Shown here piece after piece: positions 20,387 to 30,070 of a stretch of 64,000 nt of DNA (position 1 is its first letter; every line of letters begins with the position of its first letter). The DNA is from an uncultured Nitrospiraceae bacterium. GTDB taxonomy: Bacteria; Nitrospirota; Thermodesulfovibrionia; Thermodesulfovibrionales; UBA6898. The translations under genes were made by a program, and so were the position numbers. The notes beneath the pieces are model-generated. The model was given only the letters and a program-made list of their open reading frames with translations. It ran no database searches and was not told where the DNA came from. Location of the stretch: positions 384,001-448,000 of the forward strand of contig CAWEQH010000010.1 of assembly GCA_963811165.1 (NCBI GenBank). Direction: 5' to 3'.

Positions 20387-21730
20387 CTAGCTTGCTCGCG
20401 CTTTGAGGAAAGCGGGAATCGCATTCGCCTCCCTTGGTCCTACCGTTATCTTCCATCCGGGAAGCTTATCCTCAATAGAACCGCTCAATATAGCGACGTA
20501 TCCAGGGATAATAAGTTCCTTGTGGGATATCTCCTTATCGACTCCGCTCTCCGTAATAAACTGCGCTATCTTCGATGCGGTGAATTTTCCCGCCGCCCAT
20601 CCAGTCAGGACCGAAAGTCCCTCGCAATCTAACACTGCCAGCCTACTCGGCACCTTGCTGTTCTCTATTTCTCCGGAAACAATAAAGTAAGTGAGGGAGA
20701 AGTTTGAGGTAATGAAGAGCGGAGCCTCCGCCTTCGCATCCCCTATAGTATAGATTTTCTGTTCGACCTGCATCGGTACCTGCGGGTCGGTATAGATGTT
20801 CTGGCGCAGGGTAAACAGGGCAAGGTTCTTCCATTTTTCGATGCTGCTTAAAACGACTATTGAAGCATATTTGGCTATGCTGATAACCGCAACAAGGGCC
20901 TCATGAAGGCTATTTTCACGCTGCGCAAAATTGATTACAGGATATCCCACGGGCTTGAAATTCTTTTTAATCGCGGCTCTTCTCATAAGAGTGTTATGTT
21001 CCAAGATGTCCTTTGCTTTTCTCGCTCCCGAGTCAATCACCATGTCTTCGACGCCGAGGCCTTTGATCTTTTCCGTGAGATCGCAGAGTTCATCGATGCC
21101 GTTTCCGGCTACGCCGAGGACCGCCTTATTCGTCTTGGCGACAGTCGCCATCGCCTCGAAATTTGATGCGTTCGCTCCATAAACGATCGGCTTCTTCCCC
21201 GCAAACAGCTTAACTGCCGCCTCTGCAGCCTTGGGATCCGCAGTGCAAAGGATAACCGGAACATCCGGAGCTTTGGCGGCAACCACCTTTGCCGCAGCTT
21301 CGAACTTACCCGCATCATTCGATGCATTCGTTATCGCGATAGAGTTTATCCTCAACTTTTGACCGACACGGTCGATTTCCGACCCTATCACCTCCTCCAC
21401 AAGTGTGGTTATTTCGCCCTCTGAAGCAGTGTCCTTCACCTCAACAGCAAAGGCACAGGGATTCACAAATTTCTTCTCGTGTCTGAACAGAACAGTTTCT
21501 TCTCCCATTTTTACTGCCAAGCCCCCCACTCCAAAGGTTATTGGCTTGACAGGCGGGGCAGACGCCTCGCCGAGCACCCTCTTTGCCTCTTCGGACACAT
21601 CCGGGCATGAATCAAGGGTCGCCTGTCGCTGGGCAAGCTTCATCGCAAAGGCAAGACAGGTGGGATGTCCGCATTTCTTACAGTTTGTCTTCGGTAACAG
21701 CTTAAATATTTCAACGCCTGATAACGCCAT
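20387..21730 (-). CDS. acsC: Corrinoid iron-sulfur protein large subunit
   Basis: LPKTNCKKCGHPTCLAFA, IYTDPQ.PM, GPREA. Confidence 0.96.
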   Translation of the reverse strand: MALSGVEIFKLLPKTNCKKCGHPTCLAFAMKLAQRQATLDSCPDVSEEAKRVLGEASAPPVKPITFGVGGLAVKMGEETVLFRHEKKFVNPCAFAVEVKDTASEGEITTLVEEVIGSEIDRVGQKLRINSIAITNASNDAGKFEAAAKVVAAKAPDVPVILCTADPKAAEAAVKLFAGKKPIVYGANASNFEAMATVAKTNKAVLGVAGNGIDELCDLTEKIKGLGVEDMVIDSGARKAKDILEHNTLMRRAAIKKNFKPVGYPVINFAQRENSLHEALVAVISIAKYASIVVLSSIEKWKNLALFTLRQNIYTDPQVPMQVEQKIYTIGDAKAEAPLFITSNFSLTYFIVSGEIENSKVPSRLAVLDCEGLSVLTGWAAGKFTASKIAQFITESGVDKEISHKELIIPGYVAILSGSIEDKLPGWKITVGPREANAIPAFLKARAS

Positions 21731-21744
21731 TTGATTGACCTCCG

Positions 21745-22686
21745 TTACATTAGTTCTTCAATGGTTTTTTGGACGGCCTCGGCCGCCCTTGGATGTCTCA
21801 TAATAATCAACTCAGCACCAGCAACAAGCAAGGCGGTAGCGGTGACGGCCTCCCACGCAATTCCGCGTTCCTCAACGGACCCCCACTGAGGAAGATCTGT
21901 CTCGGATGCCTGAGTCTCCTTGACCTTCCAGACATACATTCCGACGTCGCCCATTAAAGGCGGCTGCATTGTGGCATCATTCTGCGTCAGGGCGGCGAGT
22001 CGTATCCTCTCCATAACCGAATAGGTATATTCGAGCCCATACCCAAGTGCAGAGCACATCGGGTCCGTTATCAGTTTTTCCTTGTCGAAACCCATCTGAC
22101 CTATTAGGATATTAAGCTGTTTCGAGAGGTTTATATCGAGCTCAGACATAGCAATAAGCTTATGATTGTTTGCCATTGCCGCAGCGGCTATTGTCTTGTA
22201 GTTCGCCTCCTGCGCCTTGCCGATAATGCAGTTTTTTCCCTTTGCCGCCTCGGCAGCAGCCACGAGCACCGACGAATCCTTCTCAGGATGGTTGCTTCCG
22301 AGGACAACAAGGGGCACATTAATGGCCCCAAGAACGTCCTTCACTGTCTTTGCCGCATCTTCAGGCGAACGGTTTTCCCTGTCCGGATGGGTACCGATCA
22401 GCCTAAGGGCGACGGCCTTAGTCTTAAGCTCATCCTGACAAAATTTCGCCCACTTAACCGGATCATCCGAGACCCCCTCAAATGGCTTCTTGACATTCTC
22501 CGGCCAGTCAGCAGGCGGCACATCCTGGATCTCCAGTGCAATGACCGGACTGTTAGGGGTAACTCCCTCAAAGGAATGAAATGGAAGAACGTTTTCTCCT
22601 CCAATCGTACCTGAACTTCCCCCGGAGCCGATAGTTACGGGATATACCTTTCCGGGATATGTTTCCTTCGCTGGTGTAAAAGCCAT
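21745..22686 (-). CDS. acsD: Corrinoid iron-sulfur protein small subunit
   Basis: DINLSKQLN, ALGYGLEYTYSVMERIRLAAL, MRHP. Confidence 0.95.
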   Translation of the reverse strand: MAFTPAKETYPGKVYPVTIGSGGSSGTIGGENVLPFHSFEGVTPNSPVIALEIQDVPPADWPENVKKPFEGVSDDPVKWAKFCQDELKTKAVALRLIGTHPDRENRSPEDAAKTVKDVLGAINVPLVVLGSNHPEKDSSVLVAAAEAAKGKNCIIGKAQEANYKTIAAAAMANNHKLIAMSELDINLSKQLNILIGQMGFDKEKLITDPMCSALGYGLEYTYSVMERIRLAALTQNDATMQPPLMGDVGMYVWKVKETQASETDLPQWGSVEERGIAWEAVTATALLVAGAELIIMRHPRAAEAVQKTIEELM

Positions 22687-22705
22687 CTTATCCTCCTATA
22701 ATCAG

Positions 22706-22738
22706 TGTCAGTATTTAGTGTCAGTGTGTTATGTCAGT
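22706..22738. repeat. Three TGTCAGT heptamers at 13-bp period in the acsE-acsD spacer
   Basis: Copies at 22706, 22719 and 22732. Confidence 0.75.
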
Positions 22739-22774
22739 CCGGATTCATTACCCCGGCCGACACGGCGTTTCTCA

Positions 22775-23632
22775 TCACATTTCGAGATACGAATGGGCGT
22801 AAAGGGTATTGCCCATAATGACATCAAGCGTCTTTTTTATCTCAGCCATTTTTTTTGCGTCATCAAGTTTCTTCCCTGCCAGAACATCGTCAAACAGTTT
22901 CTTTTCACTTAAGGCCTCTGCCATCTCGTGAGCGTCGGCAATGGCGGAAGTCAGTCCTGCATTCATAAGCATTAAAAAATAGTATTTATTCAATATCGGT
23001 CTTACGTGCTTAGGGCAGCCATTGGAAATATTGCTCAGGCCAACTACTGTTTTCATGGGGGGATCGTTCATCTCCTGAAACATCCTAATAGCCTTAATAA
23101 CTTTCATGGCGTGGTCCTGGGAAGTTGCAATCTGAAGGACCAACGGATCAAGATACAAGTCTTCAAGAGGCACCCCATACTCCATTGCCCTTGCCATTAT
23201 ATCCGCGGCGATTGCAGCTCTCTCCTCGGCGTCAGCAGGAAGTCCGCCTTTCCCGACCGTCAGCCCAATGACCTGCGCTTTGTATTTTGCTCCAAGTTCG
23301 AGAATTGGAAATCTCTCCGGATCGTTGGATGTTGAATTAATTAAAGCCCTGCCCCACTGATTATTATGGACCTTCAGTCCTGCCTCTATCGCCTTTGCAT
23401 TTGTCGTGTCAAGGCATAACGGAAGAGGGACAACCTCTTGAATTGTCGTGACCATCCACTGCATCAAATCCTCTCCACCGTCTTCTGCAGGACCTATATT
23501 GGCATCTATTACGCCGGAGCCTTCTTTCCACTGCCGGGTCGCGATTTCCTGTATCGGCCCCTTATCTTTCTTCATCATCGCTTCCCTGACCCTCTTTGCT
23601 ATGATGCTCAACTTTTCGCCTATTATCAGCAT
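22775..23632 (-). CDS. acsE: Methyltetrahydrofolate:corrinoid/iron-sulfur protein methyltransferase
   Basis: Pterin-binding fold: IIGE, CLDTTN, INS, DPLV, GLSNISNG. Confidence 0.93.
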   Translation of the reverse strand: MLIIGEKLSIIAKRVREAMMKKDKGPIQEIATRQWKEGSGVIDANIGPAEDGGEDLMQWMVTTIQEVVPLPLCLDTTNAKAIEAGLKVHNNQWGRALINSTSNDPERFPILELGAKYKAQVIGLTVGKGGLPADAEERAAIAADIMARAMEYGVPLEDLYLDPLVLQIATSQDHAMKVIKAIRMFQEMNDPPMKTVVGLSNISNGCPKHVRPILNKYYFLMLMNAGLTSAIADAHEMAEALSEKKLFDDVLAGKKLDDAKKMAEIKKTLDVIMGNTLYAHSYLEM

Positions 23633-23639
23633 TTCTTCG

Positions 23640-24010
23640 CACTCCTTTCCTTATCTAGTTCATTATAAATTTCAGTTGGAAAACAAATATGAGAATTCTT
23701 CAAAAAACCGAGCATCAATTGTTGTTAATATAATAATTACGGTTAATATAATAACTATAGATACCACTAAGACCATAACACATTATTATAAACCTATAAA
23801 ATTTATTATTTTTATAAATGTAATAAGTTTCATTAATTAGCTAATAGGACTTTTTGGAGTCTCCTTTCTGCAATGAGCTCAAACAAACAACATTGTCTAA
23901 TCTACCACGTAACGACACGTAAACATAGGAAAAATAACATAATTTAACAACCAAAATAAAGCACTTAATTGATAGTTTTAATTTATAAATCCATAAGCAG
24001 TAAAAAACTT
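23640..24010 (-). promoter_or_regulatory. AT-rich control region of the acs operon containing a GTTAATATAATAA direct repeat
   Basis: Very AT-rich; 13-mer at 23724 and 23742. Confidence 0.6.
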
Positions 24011-24055
24011 CAAGAAGCAACAAGTATTCAGACCCATAACACATCGACCCGTATG

Positions 24056-24099
24056 GCATAAAGAAAGGCGAGGGGACGGCCCCTCGCCTTTCTTTATGC
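24056..24099 (-). terminator. Intrinsic terminator after the octaheme cytochrome gene
   Basis: Perfect 20-bp arms GCATAAAGAAAGGCGAGGGG / CCCCTCGCCTTTCTTTATGC, 4-nt loop. Confidence 0.88.
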
Positions 24100-24104
24100 G
24101 TCAT

Positions 24105-25454
24105 TTACAGTACCTTACCGCCGTACCGTTCGTTATAGAACTTCTGGATCTTCTCAAGTTGTTCTTTGGTCATGCCCTTGATGTACCATTCATGCCGTAC
24201 GTCAGACTCGAGATACTTCTTTTCAATCTCCCTGTAAAGCTCCGGCCCGGCCACTCGTTTCACTTCTGGCAGAAACTCCATATAGAAGTTTTTGGCCACG
24301 TCGTAGATGCCGTGCCACCAGGCATAATCGGGTCCCGACATGGCGGCGCCGTGCCGCGCCCTTCGTCCCTCATGGTGCCAAAGTTCCCAGTAAATCCAGT
24401 CCAGCTTGTCGTCGAAATTCGCCTGGGTCAGTTTGCCTTTGTCCATCAGTTCCTGTCTGATAGCCGTTGCGGGTTTCGCGAACTTGTCATCGTACAGATT
24501 GACGAGATTATCAAACTGCTTGTAAAACCCTGTAACAAAGGGGTCTGAATGGCAGCTGCTGCATACGTCCTTCATGTTGATTCGCCGTTTGTCCGCGTTG
24601 TCCAGCTTTTTAGAAATCGGTGGCCGAAGGGTCCAGCTGATGCGCGCGCCTACATCATGCGTCACCGGCTGGTTTGGCGTGGCGCTCATGTGACAGGTAG
24701 CACAGGTCGGGGCGGCAGTATAATCCTTGCCGACAACCCAGGAATCTTTGCTCATGTTCATTCGGTCCTTGAACGCCTCATACAGGATGCCGTGCTTCGA
24801 CTCCTGATAAACTTCGATCTGCGGATGGTCGGGACCGAGATGGCATTTTCCGCAGGTCTGCGGCTCGCGTGCCTGTGCCTTTGAGAAACTGTGGCGCGCG
24901 TGACAGGCAGAGCATGAACCCTTGGAGCCGTCCGGGTTGATCCTGCCGATGCCGGTATTAGGCCAGCTGTTCGTGTCGAGTTTGCCATTAGCAAGGATCT
25001 TGACGTTCGCCCCATGACACTGCTGACAGCCGACGGCAACGACCTCCTGTCCGCCCACCACTTCGCCCAGATAATTGTCCGCCGAATTCAGGATGTCCGC
25101 GGCCTTGGCGTGATGACTCTCGGTCATTTCTTTCACTTCCCTGCTATGGCATTGTCCACAATCCTTCGGTGTAACCAATACTGCTATGGTAAACCCGTTA
25201 TGCTCCATAGCATCTTTGTCAGTCTTATTCGCCCTATGGCAGGTGTAGCAGTCTACACCCATCGCAGCATGCTTGCTCGTCTCCCATTCTTTTACGAACG
25301 ATGGGGACTGTGCCTTGTGACAACCGATACATGCCTGTCCCTCTTTCGAAACCTTACTTTCTCCGCTCGCCGCCTCGGTCCAGCCGCCCCCAAGGATAGT
25401 CAATCCCCCATAAATAAAAACCGTGACCATCAACAAAAACCCTTTCATTTTCAT
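24105..25454 (-). CDS. Periplasmic octaheme cytochrome c, hydroxylamine oxidoreductase (HAO) family
   Basis: Eight CxxCH motifs, CGKCHLGPDHPQIE.Y.ESKHG, GPDYAWWHG; signal peptide; start at 25454 after GGAGG. Confidence 0.9.
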   Translation of the reverse strand: MKMKGFLLMVTVFIYGGLTILGGGWTEAASGESKVSKEGQACIGCHKAQSPSFVKEWETSKHAAMGVDCYTCHRANKTDKDAMEHNGFTIAVLVTPKDCGQCHSREVKEMTESHHAKAADILNSADNYLGEVVGGQEVVAVGCQQCHGANVKILANGKLDTNSWPNTGIGRINPDGSKGSCSACHARHSFSKAQAREPQTCGKCHLGPDHPQIEVYQESKHGILYEAFKDRMNMSKDSWVVGKDYTAAPTCATCHMSATPNQPVTHDVGARISWTLRPPISKKLDNADKRRINMKDVCSSCHSDPFVTGFYKQFDNLVNLYDDKFAKPATAIRQELMDKGKLTQANFDDKLDWIYWELWHHEGRRARHGAAMSGPDYAWWHGIYDVAKNFYMEFLPEVKRVAGPELYREIEKKYLESDVRHEWYIKGMTKEQLEKIQKFYNERYGGKVL

Positions 25455-25783
25455 AAAACCTCCTTTTTCTTTCATCCGGCAAAAGCCCTATTACAAAAAA
25501 AACGCTCTTTCTCACCTCCGTTTCAAAGATTGACCCCGAAAAAAACATACTGGCTTAAGTTATTCATTTTCCCCGATTCATCATATGATCTTCGTCATAT
25601 AACTATTTCCTTGGCGGTTGACCTCATAGTGAAGACCACTGCAGTTACTTTGTAATTGTAATTTTAGATTATATGTAAAATAAGTCAATAGGGCGGAAAA
25701 TTACGCGTTTCAGTCTTTTATAAAATTATGACGAAATTCAGAGGGAGGATATGTCGGCTCGCTAGATACTATTCGTTTTGTTA

Positions 25784-26656
25784 TTAAGCTCTCGGATGAT
25801 ATTTTTTAAAAACCTTCTTTATCCTGTCCGTTGTAACTTTTGTATAAACCTGTGTTGTCGATATATCGGAATGGCCGAGCATTTTCTGCACAGACCTAAG
25901 GTCTGCGCCGCCTTCAAGGAGATGCGTTGCAAAACAATGCCTCACCGTATGGGGAGAAAGGACGATATTAGCCCTTCTTCCGACCGCCTTTAAGGTCTGC
26001 CAGAACCTCTGCCTCGTCATCCGCCCGCCCATCCCAGTCACGAAGAGATACGCCGACTGCCTCTTTTTCAACACCGTGGACCTCTCTTCGTGAATATATC
26101 GCTTTATCTTTTCAAGGGCACGTGCGTTAACGGGTATGACCCGCTCCTTCGAGCCCTTTCCAAGGACCCGCATAAAGCCTGCATCAAAATGTATGTCGCC
26201 AAGCTTTATCGATACAAGTTCGCTGACACGCAGACCCGAGGAGTAGAGGAGTTCCACCATTGCAGAATCCCTCAGTGCATTCTTACCCGATGCCCCCGCT
26301 TCAAGGAGTGCCAGAACATCCGCGACACTCAGCGCCTTGGGAAGCCTCTCCCACTTTTTAGGCATTTGGATGTTTTCCGAAGGATCACGGTCGATTTCAT
26401 TTTCCATGAACATGTATCTATAGAGGGCTTTTATCGAAGAAATATACCGGCAGATGCTTGCGGATGAGTAGCCTCCATCTCTCAACACTTCGAGGAAATC
26501 GATGACATCGGTAGCAGCAGCAGAGGCAAGTGCAACTTTCCTATGATCGAGAAAAAGTCTATATTTCTTGAGGTCGGCATGATAGGCGCCGACGGTATTT
26601 CCTGAAAGGCCCTTTTCGACAGTCAGATATGTGAAAAAATTCTCAAGCGACCCCAC
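25784..26656 (-). CDS. xerD: Tyrosine recombinase XerD
   Basis: SGLRVSEL, GKGSKERVIP, HTVRHCFATHLL, LGHSDISTTQVY. Confidence 0.93.
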   Translation of the reverse strand: MGSLENFFTYLTVEKGLSGNTVGAYHADLKKYRLFLDHRKVALASAAATDVIDFLEVLRDGGYSSASICRYISSIKALYRYMFMENEIDRDPSENIQMPKKWERLPKALSVADVLALLEAGASGKNALRDSAMVELLYSSGLRVSELVSIKLGDIHFDAGFMRVLGKGSKERVIPVNARALEKIKRYIHEERSTVLKKRQSAYLFVTGMGGRMTRQRFWQTLKAVGRRANIVLSPHTVRHCFATHLLEGGADLRSVQKMLGHSDISTTQVYTKVTTDRIKKVFKKYHPRA

Positions 26657-27425
26657 AGGACAGATATTCCTCTATGCCGGTAGACTGTCGCAGCCGTTCA
26701 TAAAATATGGAAGCCATCTGCATAAGGTTTACCGTATCTTCCCTGTTGTATCTTATGAGGGTCTCCATTGCATCCCGAGAGCCCCTCCGTGCGTGCTCCC
26801 ACAGTTTCACGGCGTCGTAACCGTCGAGTCCCTGTACGGATTCGTCTCGCACAATGTCAAGTTCCTGTTCAAGCCTCTTTAAGCCTCCCTTCATCCCAAG
26901 TCTTTTTGCAGCAAAACAAAGGTCGAAATGGGGCAAATCGCATTTTACCCCGCTGAACGACCTCAGAATATAGGGGATGTCAAAGACCGCACCATAAAAT
27001 GTGATCAGGCATTTATGCCTCGAGAGTTCCTTGTTTAAACTCTCCGCCGAAAGGTTCTCGCCCCTCACGAGGCTTTTATACTCGTAGCCGTCATAGAACC
27101 CGGCCACGGTAATGACCCCCCCGCTGTTGGGCTGCAGTCCGTTTGTCTCGATATCGAGACAGACGGCGTCCCCTTTAAAAAAATCAAAAAGACGCCAGTG
27201 TTCTCTCCGTCTTATCCTGCGAGAAAAATAGGGCGCATTATCATCGCGCAACTCCCTGGCATCATGCACGAGGCAATCATCGAGAAAGCTCTTTTTCTCC
27301 TTTCCGAATCCAAGCAGTTCATCAGCCCCGATAAAATCATCCCACGTCAGGACACCCTCCCGCCAGAGCCTTTTTTCGAGCTTTTCACCTATACCATCAA
27401 GAGCGCAAAATGTATTCCTAATCAT
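26643..27425 (-). CDS. YprB-like RNase H-fold 3'-5' exonuclease
   Basis: LDIETNG, TFYG..FDIP, YNREDT; start placed at MIRNTF. Confidence 0.85.
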   Translation of the reverse strand: MIRNTFCALDGIGEKLEKRLWREGVLTWDDFIGADELLGFGKEKKSFLDDCLVHDARELRDDNAPYFSRRIRRREHWRLFDFFKGDAVCLDIETNGLQPNSGGVITVAGFYDGYEYKSLVRGENLSAESLNKELSRHKCLITFYGAVFDIPYILRSFSGVKCDLPHFDLCFAAKRLGMKGGLKRLEQELDIVRDESVQGLDGYDAVKLWEHARRGSRDAMETLIRYNREDTVNLMQMASIFYERLRQSTGIEEYLSCGVA

Positions 27426-27670
27426 CGAGTTCCTTCTCTCTCTGTCTCCACGGTCTCTCTGACAATTCCTTACCCAGCATAAGATCATGGCGACCTCACA
27501 AATTCAATCTATTATACAGAATGGGAATATCATATTACTATAGCCTTTCACCAAAACCCTTCATGCTGCGTTCCGGTCTGAAGCTCCGTTTTCCTTCTTC
27601 TCCTTATTTATTGATAAGACCCCTGACGACTGTTATACTCAGTATGACCGGATGTATTACAGGAGACAGC

Positions 27671-29116
27671 ATGCCCAGTTATGACTTTGATATCGGGATT
27701 ATCGGTGGCGGAGCCGCCGGTCTGACGGTCGCTGCGGGTGCCTCGCAGCTCGGCGCCAGGACACTTTTGATCGAGAAAGAAAAGGAACTTGGAGGGGACT
27801 GTCTCCATTTCGGATGCGTGCCGAGCAAGACCCTTATTAGAACGGCCAACGTCTACCATTTGATCAAGAAAGCGAAGGATTTCGGTTTGCCGGCTTTCGA
27901 TGAAAAAGCGGTCGATTTCAGGGACATTGCCCAGAGAATCCAATCGGTCATAGGCACCATTCAGCAACACGATTCGAAGGAGAGGTTCTGCAAACTCGGG
28001 GTCCGGGTTGAATTGGGGTACTCCTTTTTTAAAGATGAACATGCCATACTTCTCAATGGTAAAACCTTCTCGGCAAAGACGTGGGTAATCGCGACAGGGT
28101 CCAGTCCGTCCATCCCCGGAATTGAGGGGCTGGGCAAGATGCCATATCTTACAAACCGGGAGCTTTTTGCTCTCGACTCCCTTCCCGCTTCACTCATCAT
28201 CATTGGAGGCGGTCCGATCGGCATCGAAATGGCACAGGCATTCTGCCGGTTGGGGAGCCGTGTCTCCGTTATCCAGAGGGGCGGACAGATCCTGAGTAAG
28301 GAAGATTCCGACATGGCTGCAGACATCATGAACATCCTCACCGATGAAGGCGTGGCTTTTCATCTCAATACCTCGATCGTGGAAGTAAGAGAGCTCGGCA
28401 CCGACAGAGAAGTTGTAATAAAGAAAGCAGATGGGACATTCGGTCTCCGATCAAAGGCCGTGCTGATCGCCACCGGCAGAGACGCGAATCTGCAGTGCCT
28501 GGGTCTGGAGGAGATCGGGGTTGAATTTGAACGCAAAAGGCTGAAGCTGGACAAGAGACTAAGGACGACCCATTCGCACATTTACGCAGCCGGAGACGTC
28601 ACTGGTGACTATCAGTTCACGCATGCGGCAGGATACGAGGGGGGCGTCGTCCTAGGTAATGCAGTCTTTCACATCCCGAGAAAAGTGGACTACACTTTCT
28701 TCCCTTGGTGTACGTTCACCGATCCCGAACTCGCCTGCATCGGCATGAACGAGAAAATGGCCGCTGCTGCCGGGATAGAATATAGCATCTATACTGAGAA
28801 ATTCAAAGACAACGACAGGAGCCTGGCCGAGGGTGAAAGAGAGGGAAAGATAAAAATGCTTCTGGGTAAGGGGGAAAAGCTGCTTGGAGTGCAAATTCTC
28901 GGTCCCCATGCAGGAGATCTTTTGGGGGAGTGGATCGCCATCATGAACGGCGGGGTCAGACTTTCGTCGCTCGCATCCTCGGTACATCCCTACCCCACTC
29001 TCGGGGAAATCAACAAAAAGGTCGCCAGTGACCTGTTTGCAAAGAAACTATTTTCAGACCGTGTAAGAAAGGGCCTTTCATTTCTGTTTAGCCTTAAGGG
29101 AAGAGCCTGCGAGTAA
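27671..29116 (+). CDS. Class I pyridine nucleotide-disulfide oxidoreductase (LpdA/MerA-like)
   Basis: GGGAAG, GGDCLHFGCVPSK, GGGPIG.E, HPYPT; AGGAG RBS before 27671. Confidence 0.9.
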   Translation: MPSYDFDIGIIGGGAAGLTVAAGASQLGARTLLIEKEKELGGDCLHFGCVPSKTLIRTANVYHLIKKAKDFGLPAFDEKAVDFRDIAQRIQSVIGTIQQHDSKERFCKLGVRVELGYSFFKDEHAILLNGKTFSAKTWVIATGSSPSIPGIEGLGKMPYLTNRELFALDSLPASLIIIGGGPIGIEMAQAFCRLGSRVSVIQRGGQILSKEDSDMAADIMNILTDEGVAFHLNTSIVEVRELGTDREVVIKKADGTFGLRSKAVLIATGRDANLQCLGLEEIGVEFERKRLKLDKRLRTTHSHIYAAGDVTGDYQFTHAAGYEGGVVLGNAVFHIPRKVDYTFFPWCTFTDPELACIGMNEKMAAAAGIEYSIYTEKFKDNDRSLAEGEREGKIKMLLGKGEKLLGVQILGPHAGDLLGEWIAIMNGGVRLSSLASSVHPYPTLGEINKKVASDLFAKKLFSDRVRKGLSFLFSLKGRACE

Positions 29117-29285
29117 TATCACTTCCCAATCTTCTTCTTGACTCTTTATCCCCCTCTGTTTGTGAGGCATACGGCACCTTCCAGGCCATCACTATTTGTT
29201 TGAATTTCCCCCGGACATGCCTCATGACTCCAGTTGCGGTTTTTTTGTTTGCTTTATGGACGTGGAATTGTACTATATTAGTAGT

Positions 29286-29939
29286 ATGGATGAGAACAGG
29301 GACGCGAACCTCGATGTGTCTATCCTCTATGTGGAAGACGAACCCTTAACTAGGGCGGTATTTGCCAGAATTCTCGAGAGGAAAGTGAGAAATTTGTTTC
29401 AGGCCGAAAATGGCGAAGAAGGGCTGGAACTGTTTAAGAAGCATAGGCCGGATATAGTGATATCGGACGTGAGAATGCCTCTTTTGGACGGGATTGAAAT
29501 GTCAAGAAAGATTAAGTCGTTGGACAACAGCGTCAAAATAATCCTGACTACTGCCCACAGTGACGCAAGTGTTCTGCTGAATTCTATCGACGCCGGGATC
29601 GACAAGTATATTTTGAAGCCGGTTGATGTGGAGGTCCTTTTTTCGGCGATGGAGAGCTGTGCGGGAACCATCATGCTGGAAAGAAAAATCCAGGAGCAAA
29701 ACAAAGAGAAGGACGAACTTATCTCCAAACTGCAGGATGCCCTGGACAATATCAAGAAATTGAGCGGCCTCCTTCCCATCTGCGCTTCATGTAAAAAAAT
29801 CCGTGATGACAAAGGTTATTGGAACCAGATCGAGCAATATATCGCCGAGCATTCTGAGGCCGAGTTCAGTCACGGCATCTGTCCGGACTGTGTAAGAAAG
29901 CTTTACCCCCAATATAAGCACCTGATACCGGAAAAATAA
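29286..29939 (+). CDS. Response regulator with C-terminal ICASCKKIRD...HGICPDC Cys-rich domain
   Basis: YVEDE, SDVRMP, KP receiver motifs; coiled coil; Cys tail. Confidence 0.88.
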   Translation: MDENRDANLDVSILYVEDEPLTRAVFARILERKVRNLFQAENGEEGLELFKKHRPDIVISDVRMPLLDGIEMSRKIKSLDNSVKIILTTAHSDASVLLNSIDAGIDKYILKPVDVEVLFSAMESCAGTIMLERKIQEQNKEKDELISKLQDALDNIKKLSGLLPICASCKKIRDDKGYWNQIEQYIAEHSEAEFSHGICPDCVRKLYPQYKHLIPEK

Positions 29940-30070
29940 TCCCGGGATAAAACCGGTTACAGATTTCCTTTATGGGCAGTATCGAACAACACAGGGACAG
30001 ATAACTTGCCGCAACAAATGCCTAGACTAAGCCAGTGAGAACTGCAGGCTGGAGGAAATGACCCCGGCAC

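Noticed and set aside
23438..24104. ORFs 23448..23840 and 23841..24104
   Set aside because: Low-complexity translations of AT-rich regulatory DNA and a terminator; no recognisable motifs.
25784..26656. Phage or integrative-element integrase
   Set aside because: Typical chromosomal XerD size and motifs; no att repeats, tRNA or cargo genes around it.
27671..29116. Mercuric reductase MerA
   Set aside because: No C-terminal Cys-Cys pair (ends GRACE), no NmerA domain and no mer operon genes.
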